Made by a program: the position numbers and the translations under genes
Notes under the pieces: generated by a model
The model's input: only the letters and a program-made list of their open reading frames with translations
Databases searched by the model: none
What the model was told of the DNA's origin: nothing
From: Octopus vulgaris
Lineage: Eukaryota
DNA length: 64,000 bases
Direction of reading: 5' to 3'
NCBI GenBank assembly: GCA_951406725.2
Contig: OX597818.1
Location: forward strand, 1,922,001-1,986,000
Shown here: positions 39,128-52,900 of the stretch, piece after piece
How the letters are laid out: every line of letters begins with the position of its first letter
Position numbering within the stretch: position 1 is the first letter of the stretch

Positions 39128-39809
39128 GTTGAAATTTACAAAAAACAAAAGACGAAGACAAGTGTGTAAACAACAAACAGGTGTATTAGTTTAACACACA
39201 CACGCGCACATATATGTGTGGGTGTATTTTAATATATGTATGTGAATAAATGTGTATGTGTGTATGCGAACTAAACACAGACCTATAACGACCAGTTGTA
39301 AACTTTATTATGCAAGTCAATGAAATTTCCTCTACTTGTTGCTCGACTTGTTAGAGACAGTAAACAAATCCTCTTCAAACTTCACAGACTTCTTTGATCA
39401 GAGACTGCTCGATTAGAGTTCCCTGTGGTTAAACCAAAGCAAAAACAACTATCCGCGCAAAGAAAAACGATAGTGTTGTGAGCCGTTAAACACTAAATTG
39501 TTTTTATGTTCTTAGTTTAATAGGAAAGAAAAAAATTACAAGTCTGTAATAAAACAATAAATAACTTACTAAAATTTATACTGAATTTAGATTTTGTTTC
39601 TGTCAGGATTAAAAGGAAAATAGGTACTGACTGAAAAAAAAATGTTTTTGTGCCGATATATATATTTACAAAGATGACATAAAAATCATTGAAAAGGTTA
39701 GAGTCTAGAGGAAACCGAACCCACAACTCATTCATTAAAGTCTCTCCGTAATTACTGTTATAAGAGACTAGGAACTTGTTTACAGTGAATAGAGATAAAT
39801 AATGATGTT

Positions 39810-39864
<55 letters not shown>

Positions 39865-40400
39865 TAAACTAAGTATGAGTTTCTTTATTGTTGAATCCTA
39901 ATCTTCCGAATAATAAACAACTTATTGAGAAATCATTCAGGAGACATAAAGCCCTTGTGTAATACGAATTCAGCATCGTGAAAAATAATTGGTAATCCTA
40001 TATGTCAGCTGCAATTCAAGTAGTAACTGATATAAAATTATATAAGACTGTATATGATCTTCATAAAAAAGTGGTATTTAGTCCACACCATTCCTCAATA
40101 ACTTGTTAAAATATAATGACTAGTCGTATTAAAATTTCTAGTTGGTTTCATAATTCCAACCGTGGCTCTAAGTCCTGGATTGTTTCGCTGACCAATATGG
40201 ATCCTCTTCCGGGAATATTCTTTATTGAAGTATACGGAACTCCGAATACGTTCATTGTGAAAACAATGCTTATAAAGAGCATTGTCACAGTATGTTAAAA
40301 ATAAGTTTATATCAATATGAAGATAAAAAAAAAGCCCTGCTAAATTAGTCGGTGCATTGGTCATGGCTAAATAGATGACATATCGTATATATATATATAT

Positions 40401-40893
40401 ATTTCTTTATTACCCACAAGGGGCTAAACATAGAGGGGACAAACAAAGGTATTAAGTCGATTACATCGACCCTAGTGCGTAACTAGTACTTATTTTAATC
40501 AACCCCGAAAGGATGAAAGGTAAAGTCGACCTCGGTGGAATTTGAACTCAGAACGTTGCGGCAGACGAAATACTGCTAAGCATTTCGCCCGGCGTGCTAA
40601 CTTTTCTGCCAGCTCGCCGCTTTAGATGACATATCGTATATATATATATATACATATATCCTATTTCTTTACTACCCACAAGGGGCTAAACACAGAGGGA
40701 ACAAACAAGGACAGACAAACGGAATAAGTCGATTACATCGCCCCAGTGCGTAACTGGTACTTAATTTATCGACCCCCGAAAGGATGAAGGGCAAAGTCGA
40801 CCTCGGCGGAATTTGAACTCAGAACGTAACGGCAGACGAAATACACCTACGCATTTCGCCCGGCGTGCTAGCGTTTCTGCCAGCTCGCCGCCT
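40401..40893 (-). mobile_element. Two tandem type-2-tail SINE copies
   Basis: Each runs from (a)ggcggcgagctggcag to cccttgtgggt...aaagaaat on the minus strand; separated and flanked by tagatgacatatcgt. Confidence 0.9.
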
Positions 40894-41028
40894 TAGATGA
40901 CATATCGTGTGTGTGTGTATATATATATAAATATATATCCTATAGTAGCAAAGAATGTCATATACATACAAGCATACATACATACATATATAAACGCGTA
41001 TGCATGTACGTTTGAATGAATATATGTA

Positions 41029-41094
<66 letters not shown>

Positions 41095-41117
41095 TGTGTG
41101 TGTGTGTCTGTGTGTGT

Positions 41118-41150
<33 letters not shown>

Positions 41151-41568
41151 AGTATTTATATAAACAAAGAAAACAAGTTGCTTATGTTACCTATGATATT
41201 TCATTACCCATGATATTTCGAGATCGTCTTCATCAAATGAAAATATCGAAATATTTCGATATTTTTCATTTGATGAATATAATTTGTGAAAGAGCAACAG
41301 AATACATATATAACTTTCTATCTATGTTTATTTCAACTACATGTGGCTCTCGTTACTATGAGTCTATATCTATGCGATCTTATATCATGCAGTTTAGAAA
41401 CAGCTCTACTTCATGTGATAGCATATTGGATGTTTAGGAGGAAAATATCTAAGACTAATTAAGGTGAAATCGGTGGTGTTTTGTGTCATTTTGCAGAGCT
41501 TAATTCCTTTGAGGTTGGCAATATTTATACCCAATTAAACGTGGATGTTCTATTAGAAGAAACGTGGA

Positions 41569-41892
41569 ACCGCAATGGCCTAGTGGTTAGGGCAGCGGAA
41601 TCGCGGTTTCGATTCCCAGACCGGTGAGTGTTTATTGAGCGAAATCACCTAAAGCTCCACGAGGCTCCGCAGGGGGGGTAACAAAGTCTGCTGTATTCTT
41701 TCACCACAGCTTTCTCTCGTTCTTTCTTTTTGTTTCTGTTGTCACACTCAGTGTCACGTTGAATCTCCCCGAGAACTACGTTAAGGGCACACGTGTCTGT
41801 GGAGTGCTCAGCCACTTGCACGTTAATTTCACGAGCAGGCTGTTCCTTTGGTCGGATCAACTGGAATCCTCATCGTCGTAACCGACGGAGAG
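41569..41892 (+). mobile_element. tRNA-derived SINE with Deu/Nin-like domain
   Basis: A box TGGCCTAGTGG, B box GTTTCGATTCC; central cagccacttgcacgttaatttcacgagcaggctg. Confidence 0.75.
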
Positions 41893-42358
41893 CTACGATT
41901 AGAACGAACTATATTGTGGCAGTTACCATGACAGAAACACTCAATGGCTTTTTTGGTGCAAAATGCATACTTGCTTTTATTACTTTCAGGGAGATAAATC
42001 TCCGCTACCGCCGGCACTGAGACCACCGGACCACCTGATTTCGACCTGGTTTGGTCTTGTCAATGATGGACACTCGATCAGCATGTTGACCCATTTTTAC
42101 ACTTAATTTCACATAACTGATAATTTTCTTCTGATGACCACAAAAGGGTTCTATCTGCATACATCATCTGATAAAAGATACTGTTCTTTATACAGAATAA
42201 TAGTGGAACACTTGCTAAAAGATAACCTCACATGCATTTCCTTTAATTTGTATCAGAAGTTGGTTTCGTTCTTTTATTGCAATATTTTTTGAACACTGTT
42301 GTGAAAAATTACTTCGTTAAGAATTATGATGTATCCTGTTGAGTATACATATATATGT

Positions 42359-42403
<45 letters not shown>

Positions 42404-42944
42404 AATATACATAAACACACACATATAAATGTTTAAGCTATTCAAAATCTGCCCAATATTGCGTCATTATTTTTAGTGTATTTCCCTCGCTAGTCATGAC
42501 ATATCGATGAAATTCATATCTAAATTCTATACATTACTCATCGACGAATACTTTTGTGCCGAGTGGCAAAATTTTAATTGAACTGCACTAAATTATAAGA
42601 TACTTACATTATTTCAAGTTTGTTGTTTAGTCATCTTACAAGTGCTCTTTCACTTAAAATATAAAAGGTCGTAATACAAAATCCTATTTCGCCCGATTAC
42701 AAAATAATTGATTGAATACTGCAGAAAATGCAAGTCATGTTTAGAATCTGTCATAAATGTTTTTCTCCAGTAATTCACGGTTAGATAGTTTGTAAATTGA
42801 GTTACGTAGATTCATATACAAAAATACTTACCAATACACAAACACATTTCTTTCTTATGAATCTTCCTACGGTTATTTTACCTAAAGATGTGTATGTGTG
42901 TGTTTTGTGTGTATATGTATATGTGTATATTCATAGATATATAC

Positions 42945-42975
<31 letters not shown>

Positions 42976-43517
42976 TGTATGTATATCATTATTTACGTGT
43001 GAAATAAACAGAGAAAACCATGAACAATCCTTCGCTTGATTACCTATTCGCTCGAGCGTACACGTCAGAAGGTTCGAGACAAAGATATGGAATCCTATGT
43101 TTTTTTACTTTTTTCTTTTTAATGTGTTGTGAAACGTAAACAAACTGGTTACACCGCAGAGTCAAAAAAAGTTGGAGGTTATATGGCTAATTTCTCTGAC
43201 ATATAGTTTTTCCCTCTACCTCGTTGCCATGATCCATGAGATCCCTGATCTGGCTCTTGGTGTAGGCATCCATTACAGAAGGAATATAAGACTTTTCAGC
43301 ACCACCCGCTTCAGAGCCCGTCGACTTACCGCTTTGGCAAAAGGTGCTCAATCAATCGCTAAAGATTAACTACCCGATACGAGTTAATGCTGGCGTCGCC
43401 GAGTTCTGTCCAGGGCTGTATACACTATCAGTAGCTATATATTACAACAGCGGATAGAAAATAGCAAACGACCTCTACTGAAGAATTAGTAGATACTGAA
43501 ATCAATCATCGATCTCC

Positions 43518-43755
43518 TACCTACCTACATACATACATACATACATACATACATACATACATACATACATACATACATACATACATACATACATACATAC
43601 ATACATACATACATACATACATACATACATACATACATACATACATACTTACATACTTACATACATACATACATACATACATACATTCATACATACATAC
43701 ATACATACATACATACATACATACATACATACATACATACATACATACATACATA
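43518..43755. repeat. (CATA)n microsatellite
   Basis: Direct inspection. Confidence 0.95.
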
Positions 43756-44790
43756 AACTTAGTGCTGAAAAGCGAAGAGAACAATATTCTACGCATCAGT
43801 AGTAAACGCCTCAGGAAGCACTCCTATACAATCCTAAAACAGCCGGACTAACAGACCTCAAAGAAGACCTAGATGTGAAACGCCCAGCATACCAAAAAAA
43901 GGCTATGCATAGGTATATTTCCCAAAGACTTGAAGCCGATAGTAATAGTGGCATGAAGCGAAGTCTCTCTTGGACTCTCGACCGCTACATCACATCACAC
44001 TTCGAAGGCGATGTATTTGCAATCCAAGAACAGGAAATTGCTACTAAATGCTTAATAAACAAAAGAGGCAGCGAAACCCTTTAGTTTCAAGATGCAACCG
44101 AAAATGTAGATTGTCATATTTCCGTGGAAGACATTACACATGTGATTGACACCTGCCTAAAAATGTCATCAAAGTACTACGTCCCTTTGCGACACGATGT
44201 TGTCACAAAAACAATGTACAAGGGTATTCAGAAAAAAAATTGTCCTCAAATAAATATAGGGAATCCCCCTGTTATTGAATACATACATACACAAACATCA
44301 ATAAACAGAATACTGATGGAATATTTCCTTCAAAACATCTGTGAAGTGTAAACATAACAGACCAGATATTGTTGTTTGAGATAGACAAAAAAATTATGTA
44401 CCGTCATAAAGGTCAGCTGTCCTACTGAGGTGAATAACTCTTTGGAAATCAAAAAGAAATAGAATAACTGTGGACAACTGCTTCGAAACCTCCAGCTTCT
44501 ACATCCAGATTGTTGATTCACATGTATACCAAATAATTGATGCACTTGGTTTTGTGAGTAAATGCCTAAGAGACAATCTGGATAAGCTAGGGGATTACTT
44601 AACTATTTCGCACATTTCAAATACAATCTGTAAATGAAAAAGTAAAAATATGCAAGACATTTCTCAAGTTTAAAATGTGATATTGTTTTCATTATCTACA
44701 TTCCAATTATGGAGTTTTTTTTATTTTTGTTAGAAACCAGCTCCTTCTTCAGAGGAAGAATTTAATTAATTAAAAACAGAAGAGTATACA
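43756..44790 (+). pseudogene. RLE-type (R4/NeSL-like) non-LTR retrotransposon 3' fragment
   Basis: SLSW...TSHFEGDVFAIQEQEIATK, CRL...EDITHVIDTC, PLRHDVVTK, HNRPDIVV. Confidence 0.8.
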
Positions 44791-44946
44791 TATACTTCTA
44801 CCTATACGTATATGTTTGTGTGAGTTCCACAAGCTCGCAAAATAACTTTACGTGGATGGAGAAGAAGAGAGAGAGATGCCTTCTCATAACTATGATGATG
44901 ATGACGATGATAACAAGAGCACTCTGAGAGCGCGAACCTTCGCCAA

Positions 44947-46747
44947 TGTTTCTTGGCACTACGGCCACAACACAGAGGGGACACTATAAAGACAGACACA
45001 ACACCACGGTGGGGACAAAAATCATAAAACGAATGAAAATGAGATGTTATATAAAAATGAAAAATGAAATGGCTGCATAGACCCCACTCCCATGCAGTAT
45101 CATTTGAACGTTTATATAAACTACTTACAATCGTTCTATCATCTTATTGTTCTTTCTTAATCTCGCTTTTTCCTCTCTTTTTTTAAATGAAACAATTTTA
45201 CTTTTTTCCTTCTTTCTTCAATAAAACAATTCTACTTACTTTTTCCTTTTTAATATCACATGAAAGGTTCTAAATCTTTTAGCTCCATTACTGGTGGCAA
45301 TTCATCAAACTATACCATCACTCCTGGTGGGTCAATCCCTTCTCCACACATGTCTTTTAGTCTGTTGTAGGTGTCATTGTCAACCACAATGGCCTTCACA
45401 TTCTCGGAATACACATCTGTGGGCAACTTGACTCTTATAATATGTTTAAACTTTAATACTTTCTTTTCAGTGTCTTTGCTTTTTGCATACGTCACAAAAT
45501 TCCATCGAAATTTTCCTTTTCTTATTTTTTTCTCTTTTCCTGCTCCGTTCCTAGCACCTTCTTCTTTTCTTCCACCTCTCTGAACAGTCTCTCCAGTTGC
45601 GTTTCTAAATTTTCTTCCTCCACTGGAACAATCGGTGTTTTCACCAATGTCTTTTCCTTATGCAACTCCTCCTTGAACACTTCTTCAAGTTCCTTTTCGC
45701 TTACTTTATCCACCACCATTTCGTCTTCCGTCCTTCAGGTCATCTCCTTTTCCATCTCTTCTTTCTTCATTTTCTGCTGCTCTGGCGGAGAGCTCACTCT
45801 CCCACTTCTCTTTCTTTTTTTAAACACCGTGAACCCCTCATCCGTTGCTTTCTCCTTTATCTCGACCTGTACCACCTGGTCCGTGCTCTCCTGCCTCTTC
45901 GTCTGCTTTATCTGCTGTTCCCTCTGGGGGCACATTGCCTTCATGTGGCCCTTTTCCCCACATGTATAACATATAGGCGGCGTGCCCGCCACCACCACTC
46001 TCAATCTTACGTCATCGGACAGCACTATCTCTTCGACAATTCTGTTTAGGTCTTCCACTGTTGCTTGAACGGTTAACTTTATTCCATATCCCCAGTTGTT
46101 AAATCTTTGGGTTCTTGTGGCCTTCAGTATCTTGACCTCCTCATTTATGTCATACATTTTGGCTGTCATCAACCATGCTTCTTTCAGCTCTGGGGGCACT
46201 TTGCCAACTCGCACCCTGGCCACACGTTTGCCATAGTACGATGGCAAAAGTACCCATTCTTCAGATCTTATTGCCTCCGTGGAATTGCTTCCTCTTCTGA
46301 TGCAATAAGCACCTCCACAGTAGCGTACTTTCTCCCTTTTATTTTAAATGTGGTTAGTCTTTTTATATTCTTCAAACATTCTTCAATAGCCTCTATTGTC
46401 GCTATTTCTATTTTCCTTGTTGCTATCTTCATTGTCTTCCATATCACCGTTCTTTTCATTACATTGGTTGTTCCGTCTCTTTCCAGCAACTTCTCGCATT
46501 CCTTCATTTTTCGAGGTTCAACCTTTATTTCTCGTACCCCCAGCATTTACATGTCTGCCCCTTTTCCAGTTGCAGCCACATAACTGTGGCCACCTGCTGG
46601 CATTTTCTCCATTTTTCCCACAACGGGAAAAAACAACAATTCAAAATAATACAAGCAACAATTTGAACAGTAACAATCAATCAAACAAATATTTAACTTA
46701 CGTCTAACATGACAAAAAAACAACTCAAACCGCCTGTGTGGTCACAT
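44947..46747 (-). mobile_element. ORF1-only Tx1-derived retroelement A (~1.8 kb)
   Basis: Frameshifted ORF1 with CYTCGEKGHMKAMC knuckle and C-terminal FDELPP; no APE/RT; 16-bp TSD cgcgaacctYcgccaa at 44931-44946 and 46748-46763. Confidence 0.85.
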
Positions 46748-46780
46748 CGCGAACCTCCGCCAAGGCAACATCAACGTCCT

Positions 46781-48589
46781 GATTTCTTTTATTATGCACA
46801 AGGCACAACACAAAAACAGACAAAACAATACAATGGGTTACATAAAAACACATACCGTATGAAATTATTGATACAATGAAAAATGAGGATGGAATTACTT
46901 ACCTGCCCCCCCCCCCCATAAGCAGGCAGTTTCATTTTACTGTTTTTAAATAAAGTTTTACTAACAGTTCAATATCCTGTCTTGTATCTGTTGGTTTTCC
47001 ATTTTTTCCCTTTTATTTTTAATTAAAACAAAGTCACCAGTATAATCCAATAAATCTTCGAATACCACCATCGGCGGCAACTCATCGAAACGAAACTGTA
47101 CTATTGTCACCTCTATCTTTTCCCCAAAACAATTCCTTCAACCTTTCTCTTCTTTCTCTTTCCAGCAGAATAGTTTTCATACCTTGCACTCTGTGAGCGC
47201 CAACTTAACCCCAACCACGTTCTTCATCATCGCAATCCCTTTTTCCATCTCTACACCTCCTGTGTACTGTATCATAGTTCTTATATTTTTCCCTTCTGGT
47301 GTCACTCTCTGCCTTCCCTCACCAATCTCCTTTACTGTTGCTGGCATTCCTATCGCTGTATGTCTTTCACTCTTTGTTGCTATCATCTCTCTTTCACCTT
47401 CCTCTTTCTTCTGTACTTCTCCTCCTTGCTAGTTGATGGTAACGGTTTCTGCCTTCGCTCCTCGACCTTGTCACTTACACGTGTTGACCCCTCATTTCTT
47501 CCCTGCTCGTTCGCCTTTCCTTGTTTTCCACTCTGCGTCTCCTCTCCACTTCCCTTTCTCCCCTTCCTAGGACCCCTCGGTGGTGAGTCCGTGTTACTTT
47601 TCTTCCTCTTCACTACTGTATACTGTTCTTCCATTTTTTGCTCCTCTACGGTTGAACCCTCTTCCTCTTCATGTTCCCTCTCTATCTCCTCCTCTTCGCG
47701 CTTCCAGGGACACCCAGCCTCCATGTGTTCCCCCAGCCCACATTGACAGCATACGGGAGATCCCCCCTCCACCACAACTCCCAACCTCGTCCCGTCCGGC
47801 AACACCAACTCCTCCGTAATCTTGTGGAGGTCCGGCAAACTGATGTAAAACGATACCTCAAGGCTGCATTCCCACCAGTCCACCTCCGCAGCTCTTGCAA
47901 CTTTCAGCATTTTGGTGTCCTCATCCGCACTACAAAGGATGGCTTCCACCAGCCACGCCTCGTCAACCTCTGGGGGCACACCACCAATCCCCAATCCGGC
48001 CGCACATTTGCCACAGTAGGCCGGCAGCAGCACCCACTCAGCTGATCTCAAAGGCACAGTAGAGTGTCCCATCTCCTCTCCCTCACTCACGAAGCGCACC
48101 TCCACTGCGCCGCACTCCCCTCCTCTGGTTCAGCACATCGCTAGATCTTTGACCTCTCTCAAGCACTCCTCGACCGACTCCACTGCTGCCATTTCCACTC
48201 CCTCTGCTGAAACAGACAGCTTTCTATATATTATTTTCCTTCTCTCTGTCCTTTCTACAACTTCCCTAGGCGGTACCAGCCTCAGGCTGTCCCCTCCCCC
48301 TCAACAGCTCATTTAACCTCCCGAAATCCGTTTCGTTCAATTGAACTTCTCCAACTTTCAAGACATCCGCGGCTAGACCCCTCCCATCCACAACCGCCTG
48401 CTGGCACTGGTCTACCTTGCATAATATTATCCACAAATTCACCCATAAATGGGGAAGAAATACAAAAAGTCAGGCAACAATAAATTCAACAATTTAGTAA
48501 TATAACAATTTAACAATAACAAGACTCACATGGAGCGAACACACATCAAATGCAACAGGGAACCAAATGACTCGACACAACACTAAGGA
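46781..48589 (-). mobile_element. ORF1-only Tx1-derived retroelement B (~1.8 kb)
   Basis: ORF1 homologous to A (VPPEVDEAWL, LGVVVEG, CCQCGLGEHMEAGC, FDELPP); 15-bp TSD caacaYcaacgtcct at 46766-46780 and 48590-48604. Confidence 0.85.
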
Positions 48590-48915
48590 CAACACCAACG
48601 TCCTCTCAACGATTTTTTAAAATGAGAATATCTGAAATAAAATCGACTTCTCTCACAAACGAGAATACTAAAAATGAACCCGACCGCTCTCAAAAATTAA
48701 ATTAAAAAAAGCCAGAGAAATCATCCAGAATCTTTGTTCGGTAGCAGATCGATCCCAAAATCTAATCAATTCGTGCAAGTCACGAGCCCAAACATCCCTG
48801 AAAGCTTCATCCGAATCCATCCAGCAGTTCTTGAGAGATCTTGTCCACGGACAAACAAACAAACAAACAAACACGACTGAAAACAATACCTCCCTCTTCG
48901 CTATGGCGGAGGTAA

Positions 48916-49819
<904 letters not shown>

Positions 49820-49820
<1 letters not shown>

Positions 49821-49960
49821 GTTTCAAATTTTGCCACAAGGGCAGCAATTTTGGGGATGAGTCGATTACATCGACCCAGTTACTATATCAACCTCGAAAG
49901 GATGAAAGGCAAAGTCAACCTAAGCGGAATTTGAATTCAGATCGTAAATACGGACGAAAT
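49820..49960 (-). mobile_element. 3' part of a SINE split by a Tx1 LINE (head at 54767-54826)
   Basis: Minus strand atttcgtccgtatttacg...ttcaaattcc...ctttgcctttcatcctttcgagg. Confidence 0.85.
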
Positions 49961-52900
49961 ACCAATTTCTTTATTGCCCACCGGGGGCCAAACATAGAAA
50001 TGGACAGAACAACTGATGGGATCAGTGAAGCGATATGATTTTATATATAGTGACTTTAAAAATTTAAATACAATATATAAAAAATCGAATGGAATTAACA
50101 ATACAAAGACAAAACAAATGAAGCGATGATCAGGCCACGCTCCGACCCCACAAGCCCCGATCTACCGCTGGTACCTTTTTTTTCTCCTTTTTTTCCCGTC
50201 TATTAACACGGTTCCTTGCACGCACAACACTCGTGCAACATGCTTCCATCTCTTTTGGAGCGTACACTCCGACAGACATCTCTTCTCCAGCCACAGTTTC
50301 CTTTTCAAATGAAAAGAAAAAAAGTTCGTAAATTGTGGCCAGAGATAAAGTTGTCTGTCTTAATTCCTTATATCCTAGTCTTCCATACTGCCTCTTTCGC
50401 TATTGCTACAACCGTAAGAAAACAATTCTTACCTTCGTTCGTTAAAACTCCCGGTGGGTCAATTTTTACAATTGACTCAGTCGACAGCTGTACTCTTCCT
50501 TCGCCGGACAACAGGTGTTCAGCATAAGCCCACATTTCAGTTATGTCCGGACACTGATCAATAATGTGAGGGGCGGTTTCCCTGTACCCCCCCCCCGCAT
50601 CTTGGACTGGTCGGCGACTGACGTTTACCATGTCTTGCGAGCTTATCCCAAACGGGCAAGGCACCTCTTAGCGTTACCAGGTTATGGACTTTTGGAAGGT
50701 GTCCAACGTTCCCAACCCGAATGTACGGTGAAACAAGCTGTCCAGTTGAATAAACACAAGACCTAGAGTCGACCTCAAGCCATCGTCGCGTTCAGACTCT
50801 ACCAACCCACTATATAAAATCCGTGTGGAACCCCCACCGCTGGCGTTGTCCGAGCGCCGGAATAGCAAGAGGGCCTTACGGCACTCTTTATGCCACTCAC
50901 TCGACCTCGGTCTACGAGAACACCAGGCTTCCTGTTCGCAAAAACTTTTGAACTCGGAGAACATTTGTCTGGCCAGCGGAGACCATACCCATTCACTATC
51001 TTGGAGAATCCAGAGGTGCCTCAACCTCAACGCATGTCTGCGCATCATTAACCAGGGCATCCCTAAACCTCCCGTTAAAGGCTTTTGACAGCAGACAGAG
51101 CGTTTCACAAGTGGCGACCTGCCCTTCCACACAAAGCGAAAGAGCTGTCTCTCCAACCTGATCAACCACGAATCCGGACAGGGTAGGTAATGACCGATGC
51201 GGTAAACACATTGGCCACCTCCGCCCCTCCTTTCAGGGATAACTACCGCCAAGACCAGGTCTTGACTACTGCAGCCACCCTGTTCAATACCTCCGTCCAG
51301 TTCTTCTCTATCTGGAAGCCTGGTCCAAACCAAACTCCCAGCAACTTAACCGGTCCCTCCGTCCAGCGCTCAACAATGCTATCTGAAGGCATCGATTTGC
51401 CAACCCAGGTGCCGAGCTGCAAGCCGACCGACTTTTCCCGGTTAATCTTTGCTCCTGTCACCTCCTCGAAAGCCTCAATAGTCTCACCCACTTCACGTAG
51501 GCGTGCTACTGAGGTTACGCTGATAGTGATATCATCCGCGTAAGCCCTAACAAACTCCTTTAGACCTGGTTCTCTCAGGATGCCACTCAACCTTCACAGT
51601 AAGGGCTCGAGAGACATCACATACAAAAGTGGTGAGAGCGGACATCCTTGGCGAACCGAGCGTCTGATGCAGAACGGCTTCGAAAGGAACCCGTTCACCC
51701 GAACTATCGAGTCAATGTTGTGGTACAAAGCGATAAACTACCTGAGGAAGCCAAGGCCCAGGCTGAACCGCGCAAGCACAGTCGCCAGGTATCGATGGTC
51801 AACCCTATCAAAAGTCCAAATGTACCAATACCCCACCTTTGCCAGATTTATTACCAACCCTCTCTATGATATAGCGAATAAGATGGAAGGTATCCTGAAT
51901 GGTTCTGCCCGGGATGGTACATGTCTGTGCTTCCCCGACTATACCATTCGCGACACGCGCCAACCTTTTTGTTGAGACCTTGGCCAAAATCTTCACTTCT
52001 GCGTTTAAAAGAGTGATGGACCTGAAATTCCCTATAACGTCCCCCTTTTCCGGGTCCTTTCTGACCAACGTCACTACCCCCCGGCGCACAGAGCTGGGGA
52101 TAAACCCATTCTGTTGCCAGTTCGCGTACACGTCAGCCAGTATTTGCCCGAACAAGTCTGGCATACATTTATACAGCTCGTATGGAAGACCATCAAGTCC
52201 CGGCGACTTACCCGCTTTACAGTCGGCCAAAGCCTCCATCACCTCCACAGGCGTGATTGGCCTTTCGCAAGACTCAACATCCGACCCCGAGAGACATGGC
52301 AGCCCGGCAAGAAAGTCCTCGAGAGCTCTCTCACCACCAGGAACACCGCTACCCTCGAACAGCTGGGCGAAGTACTCCCGAAAGGCCTCACGCATTTTCT
52401 CGGGTTCGTTTACCAAGACATCATTTTGATTCGTCAAAGACCGAATAGAGGAACTATTTCCTTGCCGAGATTCCACCACTCGGGCCCATCCAGCGACCTT
52501 GATTCCTTCACTTCCCATGTATTGGGCTTCAAGATGCTGGTTTAACTCTAGTCTTTTCACCCTCGCTTGGTCCGCATTACCAGTCCTCCAGGCTTCTTCT
52601 AGTTCCTTAACTAGACCATCTATTCTTCGTCCCTTCTTAGCTAAACTTATGCTAAACCTAATAGACTCATATTTGATGGCTCTTTTTAGGGCGTACCACC
52701 ATTTGTTATTAATGACGGTACCTGTTAATGCCCTCTGTATTAACATCTTGATCCGCTTTCTGTACTCCTCAATCGCCAAAAGTTTCCAGTAGCCAGATCC
52801 CTGACTATGCAACTTATCTACCGTCAGTTTACAGGTAACCATCTTGTGGTCATTGTAGCTGACTAGAAAAACCTGTGGACACACGACTATGGACTTATCT

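Larger units (their letters stand above)
44912..48915 (+). mobile_element. Helentron-associated (HINE/DINE-like) non-autonomous element split by two insertions
   Basis: 5' aacaagagcact...; subterminal inverted repeat acctccgcca (46753-46762) / tggcggaggt (48904-48913); (CAAA)n near the 3' end; 3' hairpin acctcc...ggaggt. Pieces: 44912-44946, 46748-46780, 48590-48915. Confidence 0.7.

Noticed and set aside
41569-41625. tRNA gene (also 19897-19960)
   Set aside because: Only A/B boxes with an incomplete cloverleaf, continuing into repeat bodies; these are SINE-type heads.
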